NCBI GenBank assembly: GCA_951406725.2
Contig: OX597827.1
Location: 19,902,001-19,966,000 of the forward strand
Source of the DNA: Octopus vulgaris
Taxonomy: Eukaryota
Direction: 5' to 3'
DNA length: 64,000 bases
Both the position numbers and the translations under genes were made by a program. A model generated the notes under the pieces. It searched no databases, had not been told where the DNA came from, and saw nothing but the letters and a program-made list of their open reading frames with translations. Position 1 is the first letter of the stretch. Every line of letters starts with the position of its first letter. Shown here one piece after another: positions 38,672 through 51,759 of this stretch.

Positions 38672-40129
38672 AGAGATTTGTATTGTTTATAATTAACATA
38701 CTCGGATTTGCTTATAAGCTTGAAACTATCGCTGTTTTTGTCATTGTAGCGAAGAAACACTTTATCAGAATTTTTTTAAAAATAAGTATTTAAATAAAAG
38801 ATAATTTATTTTTAAATGAACAGATGCATCTGTTGTTCCCACCACCTCCTTGTCTGTCCCCAATACTCATAAAAGTTTCGACAGTCCCCGCCCCCCGTCT
38901 CCGGAAGATGGCACATCTCCCTTGAAGAAGCACCGCAGCAGTGGTGATCAATTTTCGACGACAGTTTCACAAATGCTGGTGTCGCTCCATGTGTTGTCAG
39001 TCGAGTGTTTTGTCCATTGTTTAGACAGGAAGTGTTTGAATCGCCAGTTCATGACACCAGCGATTTCTTGCTTTTCTTCACAAAACTCTTTATTATCTTC
39101 TAAAGCCATTGATTTAGATGGATGCAAAAGAGACAACGTATTTCTTAGGAAGTCAATGGTCATAAGCTATCTTATTTATTTATTTAACTAAAAACTGGTT
39201 TTATCAGTCAGTGTAGAACGCAGAAAGCTTTTTATACTATATACGTGGGTGACAAATATTAATTGAAAATAAAATGAAATCTTAATTTTTATTTAGAAGT
39301 GATTCTTCTCACGTATTCTCGTTTTTTCTCGTTCCTGTTCTCGTTTCAATGATTTTTCACCATCGCTCGTCACAGAATCGAAGTGTTTTTAAATGTATTT
39401 CACTTCTCTTTTCCTCTTTCGATAAAACGCACTAAGTACACACAGACATACACACACATACATATGCGTATATACACACACACATACGTATGCGTATATA
39501 CATACGCACATATACGTATATACATACGCGTACACACACATACACGTATATTAGGATACAGTTAGTCACCATTACGACTACTTAATGACAGTTGATAAAA
39601 AAAAAACCTTAGCAATTCAACCCAGTTTTGTTTTGTTTTTATTTTCTATTTTGTGGCTTTCATTTTGAAGTGGTTTGAGCTTTTGCATTCGTCTCGCGCC
39701 ATCACCACCAGACAGGACAAATGTTTTAATGGACAATCGATGTTTACTTTATCCACATAGAATGACTGATTCGTTCTTATGATACTGTTCAACTTGGTCT
39801 CCGTTCTTTTTTTTATTTGATTTCGAAGAGAACAGCGAGGTGACAGAAAAAGCAGGGCACCGACCTAAATATTTTAAAGTCGAGTCGGCAAGGAAAATTC
39901 TGTCGGTCTACCTTCACAATCAACTCGTACCACACAGTCTATAAAATTAAGAAAAGAACACATCAGATATTGTAGTTCTTAGATACCTTTAAAACAATAG
40001 GGTCGATAAGGAATGCCGTGCTCATACACCTTCCCAATGAAAGTTGACCTGGGGTTAAATAACAACCTAAGACAGATTTCGCCAAGTACATTTCAGTAGA
40101 AAGACCACAGAGCTACGTAGCTTCTATGT

Positions 40130-40630
40130 TCTACAGTAGTCGTACTTCATGTATGTATTTCGAGGTTAAAGAACTTGTTTAATAGAATGTGGTCCTGCCA
40201 AGTACCCCTCCGAAAACTCCACCCTTTAGTTCAGATTATCTTCGTTGACTATTCGTGGAGAGTAATTTTCTCCAATGACAGCGCTTCAAAATGTGACGTA
40301 TATTTGATTTTGAAATCGCTATCTCACGACTCATTGCGCAGATTTTCTTGCACTCTGGCAATATGTTTGTACCGTTTCTTGCTTTGTGGCACTCATCAGT
40401 TTCCACAATCTTTCAGAACATTTCTTGTAGACATTTTGAACCATTGCATCAGCTTCAAATTTACCGTTAATTCGAGTGATAGCAAGTCACGTAGGTGGAT
40501 CTGTTTGAAACGCTCTTCTAAACTGTCTTTCCACTAAAAAAATTAATATAGACAGCAGTCGACAATGTTTTACCAAAAAGAAAAGCTATAATTTTTCTCT
40601 AAATATGACTAGGGTGTTAGAAACACCTAC
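40130..40630 (-). mobile_element. Degenerate Tc1/mariner transposase N-terminal (HTH) fragment
   Basis: Minus strand VERQFRRAFQTDPPT*LAITRINGKFEADAMVQNV resembles the DUF4817-type HTH of IS630/Tc1/mariner elements. Confidence 0.6.
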
Positions 40631-40719
40631 AATGCTAGAAATAGGAGCTAAAATGCTCTAATACTGTAATCAAAGTACATAATTGTATACATATACACTG
40701 ACGGGGACTACAGTCGCCC

Positions 40720-40728
40720 GAAAAACAC

Positions 40729-40761
<33 letters not shown>

Positions 40762-41719
40762 TATACACACACATACATGTGTATATATTTACATATATAT
40801 ATGTACACATATATTTCTGTGTATATATGTATATATATATTTATATATATATACATATATGTGTGTATATATGTACATACACATATACTTACATATATAT
40901 ACATATATACATGCAGTTGTGTGCGTGTATATGTATGTATATCTATATAATACTTATATATAAATATATATATAATATATATTATATACAAACGCTGTGT
41001 ATATATACACGCGTATAAGTATATATGCATATATATATACGCACACACATATATATGTACATATATATATATATGTATGTATTATGTATGTATGTTTGTT
41101 GTAACATTATGTATGCCTGCGTGAACTAAACACACAGACGATTCGGCATCTGTCACAATAAGAAAAAATTTTGAGAGACTTTATTTATTGTCGTTGTTGA
41201 TCACGTGATATGTAAATGTTTAACTATGGACGTAATTGGCGAAGAAATAAATAAATAAATAAATAAATAAGCAATATGTGAAGTAATAATGAAAACAATA
41301 TTTTCAAAATATATTTGTTGGTGACGTGGTGCCATTTGGTTGGGGGCCCAAGTAGGGGGTCGGATGTTGTTGATTGAAAAACTGTTTGGATGTTGCGAAC
41401 ACGAAGAACAGAGACGGCAGCAACGAAATTAGAAGACGACGACGTCGACGACATAATAAAGCAACCACAACAATGTTTACGCAACAAGATGGCAGAAACG
41501 TTAGCACGCCGGGCGAAAATGCTTAGCAGTATTTCGGCTGTCTTTTATGTTCTGAGTTCAAACTCCGCTGAGGTCGACTTTGCCTTTCATCCTTTCGGGG
41601 GTCGATAAATTAAGTACGAGTTGTGCACTGATTTCGATCTAATCGACTGACTCCCTCCCCCCAAATTATATATATATGTATATATATATATAATGTATGT
41701 ATGCATGTATGTATGTATG

Positions 41720-41756
<37 letters not shown>

Positions 41757-41913
41757 AAGTATACATGTATGTATGTATATATATATAAAATGTATATATG
41801 TATGCATGTATGTATATGTATATATATTTATAATGTATATATGTATGCATGTATGTATATATAATGTATATATGTATGCATGTATGTATATATATATAAT
41901 GTATATATGTATG

Positions 41914-41951
<38 letters not shown>

Positions 41952-41980
41952 GTATGTATGTATGTATGTACGTACGTATG

Positions 41981-42020
<40 letters not shown>

Positions 42021-42145
42021 GCATGTATGTATGTATGTATGTATGTATATATATATATAATGTATGTATGTATGTATGTATATATATATATAATGTATGT
42101 ATGTATGTATGTATATATATATATATAATGTATGTATGTATGTAT
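40720..42145. repeat. (TA)n/(TATG)n microsatellite fields, with a family A SINE (+) at 41488-41665
   Basis: Directly visible; SINE body gagttcaaactccgctgaggtcgactttgcctttcatcc. Confidence 0.9.
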
Positions 42146-42829
42146 AAATGTGTTGTGTATGACATGTTTTCAAATATATTTAGACAATTTGCTTCTTGCC
42201 TTTTCTTCTCCTCCCCGTGTTTGGGGTCAATTTCGTGGGAGCCATAGCAAGGGTTTTTCTTTGGGTTACATAAAGAAAGCTATGTTATTTCAGTCTTATC
42301 GAAATTTTACTCGCTTCTGTTTCTCGAGGGGGGAGTGACCCAAATGCTTGTCCCTTTTTCTACTGTCCTTCTAGAAATGCAGACGATAGAGAATAACCGT
42401 TTATCTAACGAATTGTTTCAAATACTCACATCACACCCAGTTATCAGGCTCATGTCTGCCACCAGCGAAACTCCAACGGACCGGATGTATGATTCCTACT
42501 CACTCCCGATATTTTTATCATTTTTGATATTTTGTCAATTATGATGTCATTCAACAGTAGCACACGACCCATTATATGAGGATTACTGATCAATCCAATC
42601 CATCCATGCCGTTACTGTAGCTAATATTAAGAGTTTGAAGCAGCTACTGTAGGCCTTAACAAGATTCAACAAATTTACACACACACACACACACACATAT
42701 ACTCAATTATAATCTGCCAAAATACTGTTATTAACCCTTTCAGTTTGTCGGCTACCTCGTAATAAACATGGCTGCCTCCCTACTTTACCTCCTGAATGTT
42801 TTAACTATTTTACATATTTATGGTTGCAG

Positions 42830-42888
42830 GGTTGGTTATAGTATACCAATGTTCACCGGTTTTGTTGTAATGATGGTGTCAACGATAG
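42830..42888 (+). CDS. VMAT: Next VMAT exon (59 bp), absent from the ORF track
   Basis: ttgcag|G GTT GGT TAT AGT ATA CCA ATG TTC ACC GGT TTT GTT GTA ATG ATG GTG TCA ACG ATA G|gtaagt gives (R)VGYSIPMFTGFVVMMVSTI. It completes the phase-2 Arg codon of the previous exon and matches the VMAT motif TNRIGYxIPMFxGF. Confidence 0.95.
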
Positions 42889-43429
42889 GTAAGTATTTTT
42901 GATGTTCTCTCATCTCATTTTGTACCCAACTTGTATCAAATATGGAGCATTCTGACATGAAACCATTTCATTATCTAACAACCACCAACTTTATTGTTTG
43001 ACTCTTTCTGGTCAAATTAAGTCTAATATAATTGTTTCGGTTGTCACCTCCAAGCGCTGCTAACGCTATGTGAACGCTGTAACCGGAAGTTTAAGTCTTA
43101 TGGACTAGATTAGCTCTAGTTAAATGAGCCTATGAAATAAATCAAAATCAATTATATCGATCTAAAAAACAGTTGATTAGTGTTATAGTTTATCGACCTC
43201 GGATGAGATGAAAGGTGTGATTCGAACTCGAAATGTAAAGAGACGGAATTGATACCTAACCAACGCTGAACTCCATCATCTAAATAATATACATACGCAC
43301 ATACATATACGTGTATACACACACATACATACGCGTACCCACACATATTAAGATACAGGTAGTAACCATTATGACTAATTAATGAAAGTTGATAAAAAAA
43401 AAGTCATTCTCCACCATCTAAATAATAAT

Positions 43430-45410
43430 AATTGGAAAGAAAGAGGACGAAAAACAAAAAAATATGCAATCCCTTAAAATTTGAAATAGAAAGAATTTTG
43501 AGTATAAGAACTGTTAGGTCGTGCCTATAATAATTGGCGTGTTGGGAACAATAAGCAAAGATATAGAGAAATGGCTGAAGGATATTGGAATAGAATGCCC
43601 GTTTCAAAAAGTTTGTCTCTTACATGAAGTTTGTCTCTTAGGGACAGCAAGGACTATCAAGTGCTTAGACTGCTGAAAACTTGTGGATACCTAAGGTTAC
43701 AGGTGGTAACCCGCTAATTGAGATGAGGGAAAGCTTTAGGCGAGAATATCCCAGAAGAACCAAATTGATTATGGGAAGTAGGCTCAATAGGAAAACAAAA
43801 TTAGAGCAATGACACATGGGCTGTTTCCTTAATGCAATATGGCGCAGGTGTTGTTAGATGGACAAAGGACGAGCTTAAAGAAATGGACAGGAAAACCAGA
43901 AAAGTAACGACGATTAACAAGGAACTGCACACCCAAAAGTGATACTGATAGACTGTATGTGCCTAGAAATAGGGGATGGAGAGGCCTCATAGGATGTAAG
44001 ATCTGTGTTGTCAATGAGAAGAACAGCCTGGGATGGTACATCAAATAACAAAGTGTATCTTTATTTACAGCTATTAGAATTAATAAAAGAATACCCACCA
44101 AAAATGTGAGACCCACTAACATTTAAGAAACAAGATGAGGAAGAAAGAGTAAACAACTGGAAAATGAAACCACTGCAGCATGGGCAATACCTGAGAGAAA
44201 TCGAAGGAAATGACAAGAGCAACACTTGGAGATGGCTGAGAAACTGTCTGAATGGATGCACTGAAGCAGTGATATACAGCGCCCAAGAAAAGCTTCTGAT
44301 AACTAATTACACCAAGTTCCAAATAGATAAAAGTAACAAATCGACCTTTTGTAAGATGTGTAGCAGCAGAAACGAAACAATCTCACTTATTTGAGTGTAT
44401 CAAACTGGCCCAAAAGCACTACAAAAGGAGGTACGTTAACATGGGGGCTATGTGAAAAGTACGGCCTGAACAGAGCACGGAAATGGTACGAACATGAGCC
44501 AGAAGGATTCGCCGAGAACAAGGAATATAAGACATTGTGGGATTTTACAAACCAATGTGACTCCCTAATCGAGGCTGAAAGACCAGATATTGTGATAGAT
44601 AAAGGAAAAAAGGGAAACCAAGATCAGAGATATTGCAATACCTGAAGATGCATACATAAGTGACAAAGGAATAGAGAAGATTTAAAAGTACAGACTACTA
44701 AAAGACGAAATTACAAGAATATGGACCATGAGGAGAGTGTCTGTCATTCCAGTAGTTGTAGGGGCATTCGGAGCACGAACAACTAAGTTCGAGAAATATG
44801 TCAGAGAAATCAGAATTGACATCAGCAAGCCTCAATCGGAATTGACATCAGCAAGCCTCTAAAACTGCTCTGCTGGGGACAGGTAGGGTCTTGAAATTAG
44901 TTCTCGGATGGTGATTGTCTCCCACAATAATTAAAACCAAATATCAAAGTTTATAATGTCCGGAAAGAGACCCTGTGGGACCTCTGACAGCAGGATGCAG
45001 TCCACCCTCGCAGAATCTACCAGAACAAACAAGACCGAAATTTCTGAGAAGTAAAACAACAATAATAATAATAATAATTGACTTTACAGCCCCAAATGAA
45101 TGAAAAGTCAATATGAGAAGTATAGAGAAAATAACGAAGTGCCAGAACCTAGACATTGAGTTACAGAGGCTATGGAACGTGCGGGTAAAATGTATCCCAG
45201 TAGTTATAGGTGCATTGGGAACTATCCCTGAAGATTTGAACAGATGAATAGGGGTAAAAGGTATGAAACCTGGTTTAGTGCAGTTCTAGAAAACAGTATT
45301 ATTAGGGATTGGTAAGACACTTAGTAAGGTTCTAGGATGGTTAGGAAGGTTACTCGTTGTAGCTTGATGGTAGCAATTTTTTCCAACAGTTTAATCTGTT
45401 GTGACTATAT

Positions 45411-45454
<44 letters not shown>

Positions 45455-45860
45455 TGGCCGAAAAGCGAAACTGCTTACTTATCGACCTTTCATGCTCATT
45501 TGACTCCAGGATCGTAAAGAAAGCGGATGACAAACGAAAACAAAATACAACCCCCTTAAATTTAAAATAGGAAGAATCTGGGGCATGCGAACAGTAAAGG
45601 CCGTGCCTATAACAATTGGGGCGTTGGGAACAGTAAGCCAAGACATAGACAAATGGCTGAAGGAGATTGAAATAGAATGCCCGGTAGAGTTCCTACAGAA
45701 AGTTTGTCTCTTAGGGACCGCAAGGATTATCAGGAGGGTCCTAAACACTTGAGAGTCTACTGAAAACTTGTGGATACCTAAGGTTACAGCAAGTAACGCG
45801 CTACCCACATAAATCTTATCAAGAATAAGACCAAACCTGAGCCAAACCAAAATAATAATG
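43430..45860 (+). mobile_element. Chain of R4/Dong 3' fragments (about 43430-43715, 43720-45060, 45078-45412, 45450-45860), mostly separated by (TAA)n
   Basis: LHPKSDTDRLYVPR, KPLQHGQYLRE, CKMC..NETIS, WDF..RPDIV and VPxxIGALG motifs; the first and last fragments are the same subfamily. Confidence 0.9.
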
Positions 45861-45949
45861 AATAGCATGGTACCGTAGGCTGCAGGTAGTAAGCTCGCTA
45901 CGCATGCAAGACTCCAGGAGCCCCAACAAAATCTGTGATAAAGAGAAAA

Positions 45950-47230
45950 TAATACTCTCTTTATTGGCCATCAGGGCCGAACACAAAACATAAAGGACAA
46001 ATACAGACGAGGGACAGTGTAGTCAAACGTGTAAACAGCAAACAAACACAACAATTGACAAGATTAAACCAATAATATACTTTCCCAATAGGGGGGGGGG
46101 AGTCCCACCGAGAGGTAACCAAAGAAACCTCACGCACTTAGGAGCCCCTAACACCAAAAGCAGCTCAGGTAAACACCCCTCTCTTCTCCATTCCATCCAG
46201 CCTACAGGCGCACACTTAGAGTAGACCTATTCACACGGGCCATTCGTGCCACATTCACCCATCTTTCAACGAACTTACTGGGAGACAGCACTTCCCTCTC
46301 CAGTCTCACTTTCCTTTTCAGGTGGGACCTGAAAAAGTCAATGAGGCCTTGGCCGACAAGTAAGGTACTCGTCTTCAACCCTTTCAATCGCGTCCACCAC
46401 GCAACCTCTATCGCCATAGCCACCAGACAGAAAAACTGCCTCTCCTTCGCGACCAAAGAAAGGAGGCGGGGGGCAATCCAGTCGGAGCATACAAAGGGAC
46501 CAGTCTAAAAGTACTGCCTTCGTTATCGTTCACGTCCAGGATCACCGTCTTACCTTCCGGGTCCAGGAAGACCGACCGTGTCTCGATATCCAAGCCTTTT
46601 CTGAACAACACCGCAATCCCACCCCCATTTCTGATCGACTAAGAGATGCAAAGATCTCGAAATCGTCAAAAATATGTACTAATGTGCTTGTGTCCACGAT
46701 CCTGGTCTCAATTGCGGCTTTTACATCCAAATTCAGCCACCTGAGGTCATTGAACAAGCGACCTTGCTTCCAGGACGACCCCAGACCTCGTGCATTTATG
46801 CAACCTGTTCTTAACACCACAATTTTGGCCTAAAAGGAAGGAAAGAAAGATGAGGAGGATTACTTATCCTCCTGGTGCCACTGCAGATTGGGTGGTCCCA
46901 CCTCCATTTCTTCGTTGGGCTCCTTTGGGAACCCTTGTAGAAGCCTTGCATTGGCATTTACTTGAGAGATCCCTACATCATGTGGAAAGGTATCCCTAAA
47001 TGTTTGGAAAGTATCCAAATTAATCCTAGCCCTCATTGAGTCTTTTGGCACGTTGCACGTGCTAGTCCAAGAAGATTCCCCACTCACACACACACCTTTT
47101 TCAATGTCTTCCCTTCGTGATAAGAGGACCATCGTTTTTTTTTTTGGTTCTCCTTACTAACACAAAGTTAGCTGCCTGCGTCGTTGTGTTTTGCTGTTGC
47201 TTTTGTGGTGTGATATTTTTTTCTGTCTAC
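45950..47230 (-). mobile_element. Internally deleted L1/Tx1-clade LINE
   Basis: APE endonuclease N-terminus (CINARGL, LDV..IET, LYAPTG) fused at about 46478 to the ORF2 C-terminus, then 3' UTR with AATAAA. Confidence 0.8.
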
Positions 47231-47391
47231 AGTGGGGAATTTGATGCTTGTGGTACAATAACAATAAGAAGAAGAAGACCAACAATAATAATAATAATAA
47301 TAACTGCTGTAATGCAGTACCAGGCAGTGACTCTCATGGCTTTTGATTTTAACTGATTGGAAGTGTTATCATGTATATTGTTTTGTCTTGG

Positions 47392-47427
<36 letters not shown>

Positions 47428-47974
47428 CCATTTTTATTCTATGCATAGGACGTGAAATATTTGCGGGAGTGGGGGTGTCGATTACATGGAGCCCATTGCT
47501 CGGCTTGTACTTATTTTATCGTCCCCAAAAAGGTAAGAAGAAAAAAAAGGGGCTATTTGTACTCAGAACGTTAAGAACTGAAGCAAATAGCGAAAGGTAT
47601 TTTGTACGACGCACTCATGTTTCTACTAATCAATAATAATATATTTTTCTATCACATAACCAAAAAAGGCTATGAATTATCGATGGCATCAATGACGTGT
47701 GGCTTTCATGCCTTTCCCAGTGACCTTAGTTATGTGAAACATTTGTTGATATATTTTTTAAAGTGAGAATTGCATGCTTCACTGACCGGAAGTGACGACG
47801 ATGACAATGATGAAAGTGATGAGGGTGATGGGAGAAGGAGGAATGATGACGATCATCATCATCGTCATCATAGTGTTTAATGCTACTAAAAAGAGACTAC
47901 ATCAACGTTATCGGAATTAGAGTGAATAATTACTGTTTCTTCCTGTCGTTATAGTAATGTTAATGATTATTGAA

Positions 47975-47994
47975 TATATATATATATATATACA

Positions 47995-48034
<40 letters not shown>

Positions 48035-48405
48035 ATACATATATATATATATATATACAATATATATATACATATATCACATGCACGAGGTATATCACAC
48101 CATATATCTCTTCATATATATAGCCATACATATATACATATATATATACATACATATATATATACATATATACATATATATATATACATGCATATATATA
48201 TACATACATACATATATACATATATATACATATATACATATATATATACATATATACATATATATATACGTATATATATACATAATATATATATATTATA
48301 TATATATATATATATACACATACATATATACATATATACATACATATATACATATATACATACATATATACATACATATATATATACATGCATACATACA
48401 TACAC

Positions 48406-48436
<31 letters not shown>

Positions 48437-48525
48437 CATATATATATGTATGTGTGTATAAAATATGTATATATATATACATACATATATATATATACAT
48501 ATATATATATGTATGTGTGTATAAA

Positions 48526-48607
<82 letters not shown>

Positions 48608-48660
48608 ACATATATATATGTATGTGTGTATAAAATATGTATATATATATATATATATAT
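47975..48660. repeat. (TA)n/(TACA)n microsatellite field
   Basis: Directly visible. Confidence 0.95.
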
Positions 48661-48820
48661 ATCTGTAATTATACTATGTGACAATTATTCGGTAGCCAAC
48701 ATAAAACTCGGAGTTTCAGATGCCGAGGTGGAAATCCACACCACTATCTCTTCTATTTACATAATATTGAGGTCTCTTTCTTTCTTTTGTTATCTTACCG
48801 TTTTTACCAATAATATGCAC

Positions 48821-48870
<50 letters not shown>

Positions 48871-48957
48871 ACACGCACACACAAATATTAGAGATATATG
48901 AATTGTTACCTGTGAGTGTTTGTGCAGGTAGAAAGTGCCGTAGTAGCATTCATACGC

Positions 48958-48988
<31 letters not shown>

Positions 48989-49259
48989 CATGCACATATG
49001 TATTTGTCGTGCACCTGAGCACTGTATACAGTCAGCTCATTACTGTATTCATATGTTGTCTGGATGTTTCTACGCATGCGCACAATTATTTCTGCATGTG
49101 GTTTACAAACACACACATATAACCACGTACATAAATGCAGTCTCAATAAATCCATCCATCCATCCATACACACATATATACACACATATACACATACATA
49201 CATGCGTATATACATACATGCGTACATGCAAATCTACATGCAGCAAATATATTTGAGTT

Positions 49260-50490
49260 GAAGTGAAGCGTTAGCGACAAGACCGCCAAGATGTTTGTCA
49301 TAATTGCATGAGAGCACTCTGAATGTCGGAGGCTTAAGAATTAAAGACCGGAACGAAAGATGAAAATGCGAAAGAGTGATAGAGAGAAAAAGCTACGGGG
49401 TGAGAGTTCGGCAGCAAAGGGAGACGTTCGACACGGTGAGTGAATATAGTAATGTTTGATAATCTCATAATGATGTGAATGATAAGGTGGGAAGGGGTGG
49501 AGAGAGAGAGAGGTGGGGGTAGGAATGTATAGGTCTAGGGTGAATGTGGCAGTGTGCTTCGGGTCTGGTAATTCTGAGAGAAGGTTCTACGTTGATAAAA
49601 GGACCTGAAGATTAACAGAGTTGAAACGAGAGTTGCGCAACAAGTTATGAAGAATCAGTGAAAGAAATGGTTAGAAATATATGTAAGGGTGGTCATAAAT
49701 GGATTTATCTGTTGCACAGGGTAAGCTCTAATTAAAGAGAACCTGTGATTAAAGAAATGATCATCCCCATCGCATATTTGTTTAGACATTCTTTAATGCA
49801 GAGGGAATTAGAGGGGGATATAACTGTTATTTCTTGCAAGCTGGGCAAGTGTCTTCTGCTATAGCCCCGGGCCGACCAATGCCTTGTGAGTGGATTTGGT
49901 AGACGGAAACTGAAAGAAGCCTGTCGTATATATGTATATATATATATGTGTGTGTTTGTGTGTCTGTGTTGTCTCCCTAGCATTGCTGGTGTGTTTACGT
50001 CCCCGTCACTTAGCGGTTCGGCAAAAGAAACCGATAGAATAAGTACTGGGCTTACAAAGAATAAGTCGCGGGGTCGATTTGCTCGACTAAAGGCGGTGCT
50101 CCAGCATGGCCGCAGTCAAATGACTGAAACAAGTAAAAGAGTAAAAAGTGTAAAGCTGAGTAACCGATTTAGATTTGTAGTTGAAATAGTGAGGTGGCGT
50201 TGAAACGTTTATAAATGACTGTGTGACATAATGGGGGGTGAGATCTGACTACAACCGTGTGGTTACGGGGCCAGAGAGTGAGGGGGTGATAGAGGCGTGG
50301 TGGATGGTGAGGCTTTTTGATGTTGGGGGAGAGGAGTTGTTGGTGCTGTGGTTAGAGATGGTAGCGATGGAGGGAGATGAAGGGGACAGCACTGAAAACG
50401 ATTGGAAGGCAGCAGGAAGCTGTCACGGTTCGAATGAGATTCTTCGTATCAGAGAGCAGCTGCCATTGCTATGGTTACAGGAGGTATTCC
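49260..50490 (-). mobile_element. Possible ancient L2-like LINE remnant split by a SINE
   Basis: Weak frameshifted echoes of DPIPxxLLKEC and YRxxHSTET; C/T-rich minus strand. Confidence 0.3.
49841..50148 (+). mobile_element. SINE family B (head missing)
   Basis: Near-identical to 17948-18235. Confidence 0.92.
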
Positions 50491-50526
50491 AGTACAATAT
50501 CTTTCATTGATACACACGTCATTGCG

Positions 50527-50557
<31 letters not shown>

Positions 50558-50861
50558 ACATGTACACAGACATATACACACATACAAAAATACACACACA
50601 AACATACTAACACGCATACACACATACATATACACACACGCACGCACACATACACATTCACACACATTCACTCTTACACACCTATACAAATACACATATG
50701 CATATATACTAAGATATCTAGATATACATCCTTAGGAAGCTACATACGCATGCGCATACACAAGTGTGCTATGTGTGCGCATGGCTTTACTGCATTTATT
50801 TGCATTCTTGCCTACTTACATAGACATTTCCGATTCTACACATTTAGGCTAGTGTTCGCGC

Positions 50862-50902
<41 letters not shown>

Positions 50903-51000
50903 CATACATATGTGTAAAAATATACACATACATACATATATATATATATATATGCACACACATACATATGTGTAAAAATATATATGCATACATACATATG

Positions 51001-51042
<42 letters not shown>

Positions 51043-51179
51043 TAAAATCAATAAATAAAAAGTCTTGTGAACATGTCATAGGGCAAAGACTCTTTTTATT
51101 GATTTTACTAAATATGTCTTGCCGACGCAGACCAAATCTAATCTGTTTGGAGTCTGATTGTGTGTGTGTGTGTATGTAT

Positions 51180-51233
<54 letters not shown>

Positions 51234-51759
51234 TTATGTTTGTTTGTGTATGTGTGTATCCATGCTTGGTTGGGTATGAGAGAGTAAATGTTGCTCTTTC
51301 ACCTCTCAAATGAGGCTTAGCCTCGTTCTGGTCCCCGATCACCAAGACTGGTTTCACTTGCCGATCCATCTGTGATCATTAAAAAAAATACCAGTAATAC
51401 ACTTCATCGATCTAATCGGTTACTCAGCCGTCATCATCATCTCTTACTCTCCCTCTTTCTCTCTCCTCTCTCTTCTCTCTCTCCCTCTCTCTCTCCCTCT
51501 CTCTCTCATCAATGAATAAACCGATCGTTTTGCCTAGGATTAGATCCTCGCTTGAATGTCTTTCCTGCTTCCTTCTTCTCTGGTCCCTACCAATATTCCA
51601 TTAATGTCATTCAAAATATCCGCAATTTTTAGCAGGACTATTGGAAATAAGTATTAAATACCAGTCATACCCTGTCGTCCACTCGACTCTAATTCCTTCC
51701 TACAAAGATTTGGCTTTGGACGTATAACAAATCAGTTTTATTCGGTTAGCTCCAAGCAA

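Noticed and set aside
38880-39260. Possible Tc1/mariner N-terminal remnant; also possible LINE remnants at 9150-9540 and 30100-30480
   Set aside because: Motif echoes too weak to call without an HMM search.
48700-48760. Hammerhead-like tagaaga...gaaactccgagtt (minus), plus similar weak cases at 30550-30590 (+), 61295-61330 (-) and 8157 (+)
   Set aside because: Core box, GAAA or stems missing; cannot be distinguished from chance by eye.
49009-49026. gtgcacctgagcactgta, identical to the CR1 3' end at about 6049-6066
   Set aside because: Probably just an extremely truncated CR1 tail; too short to annotate.
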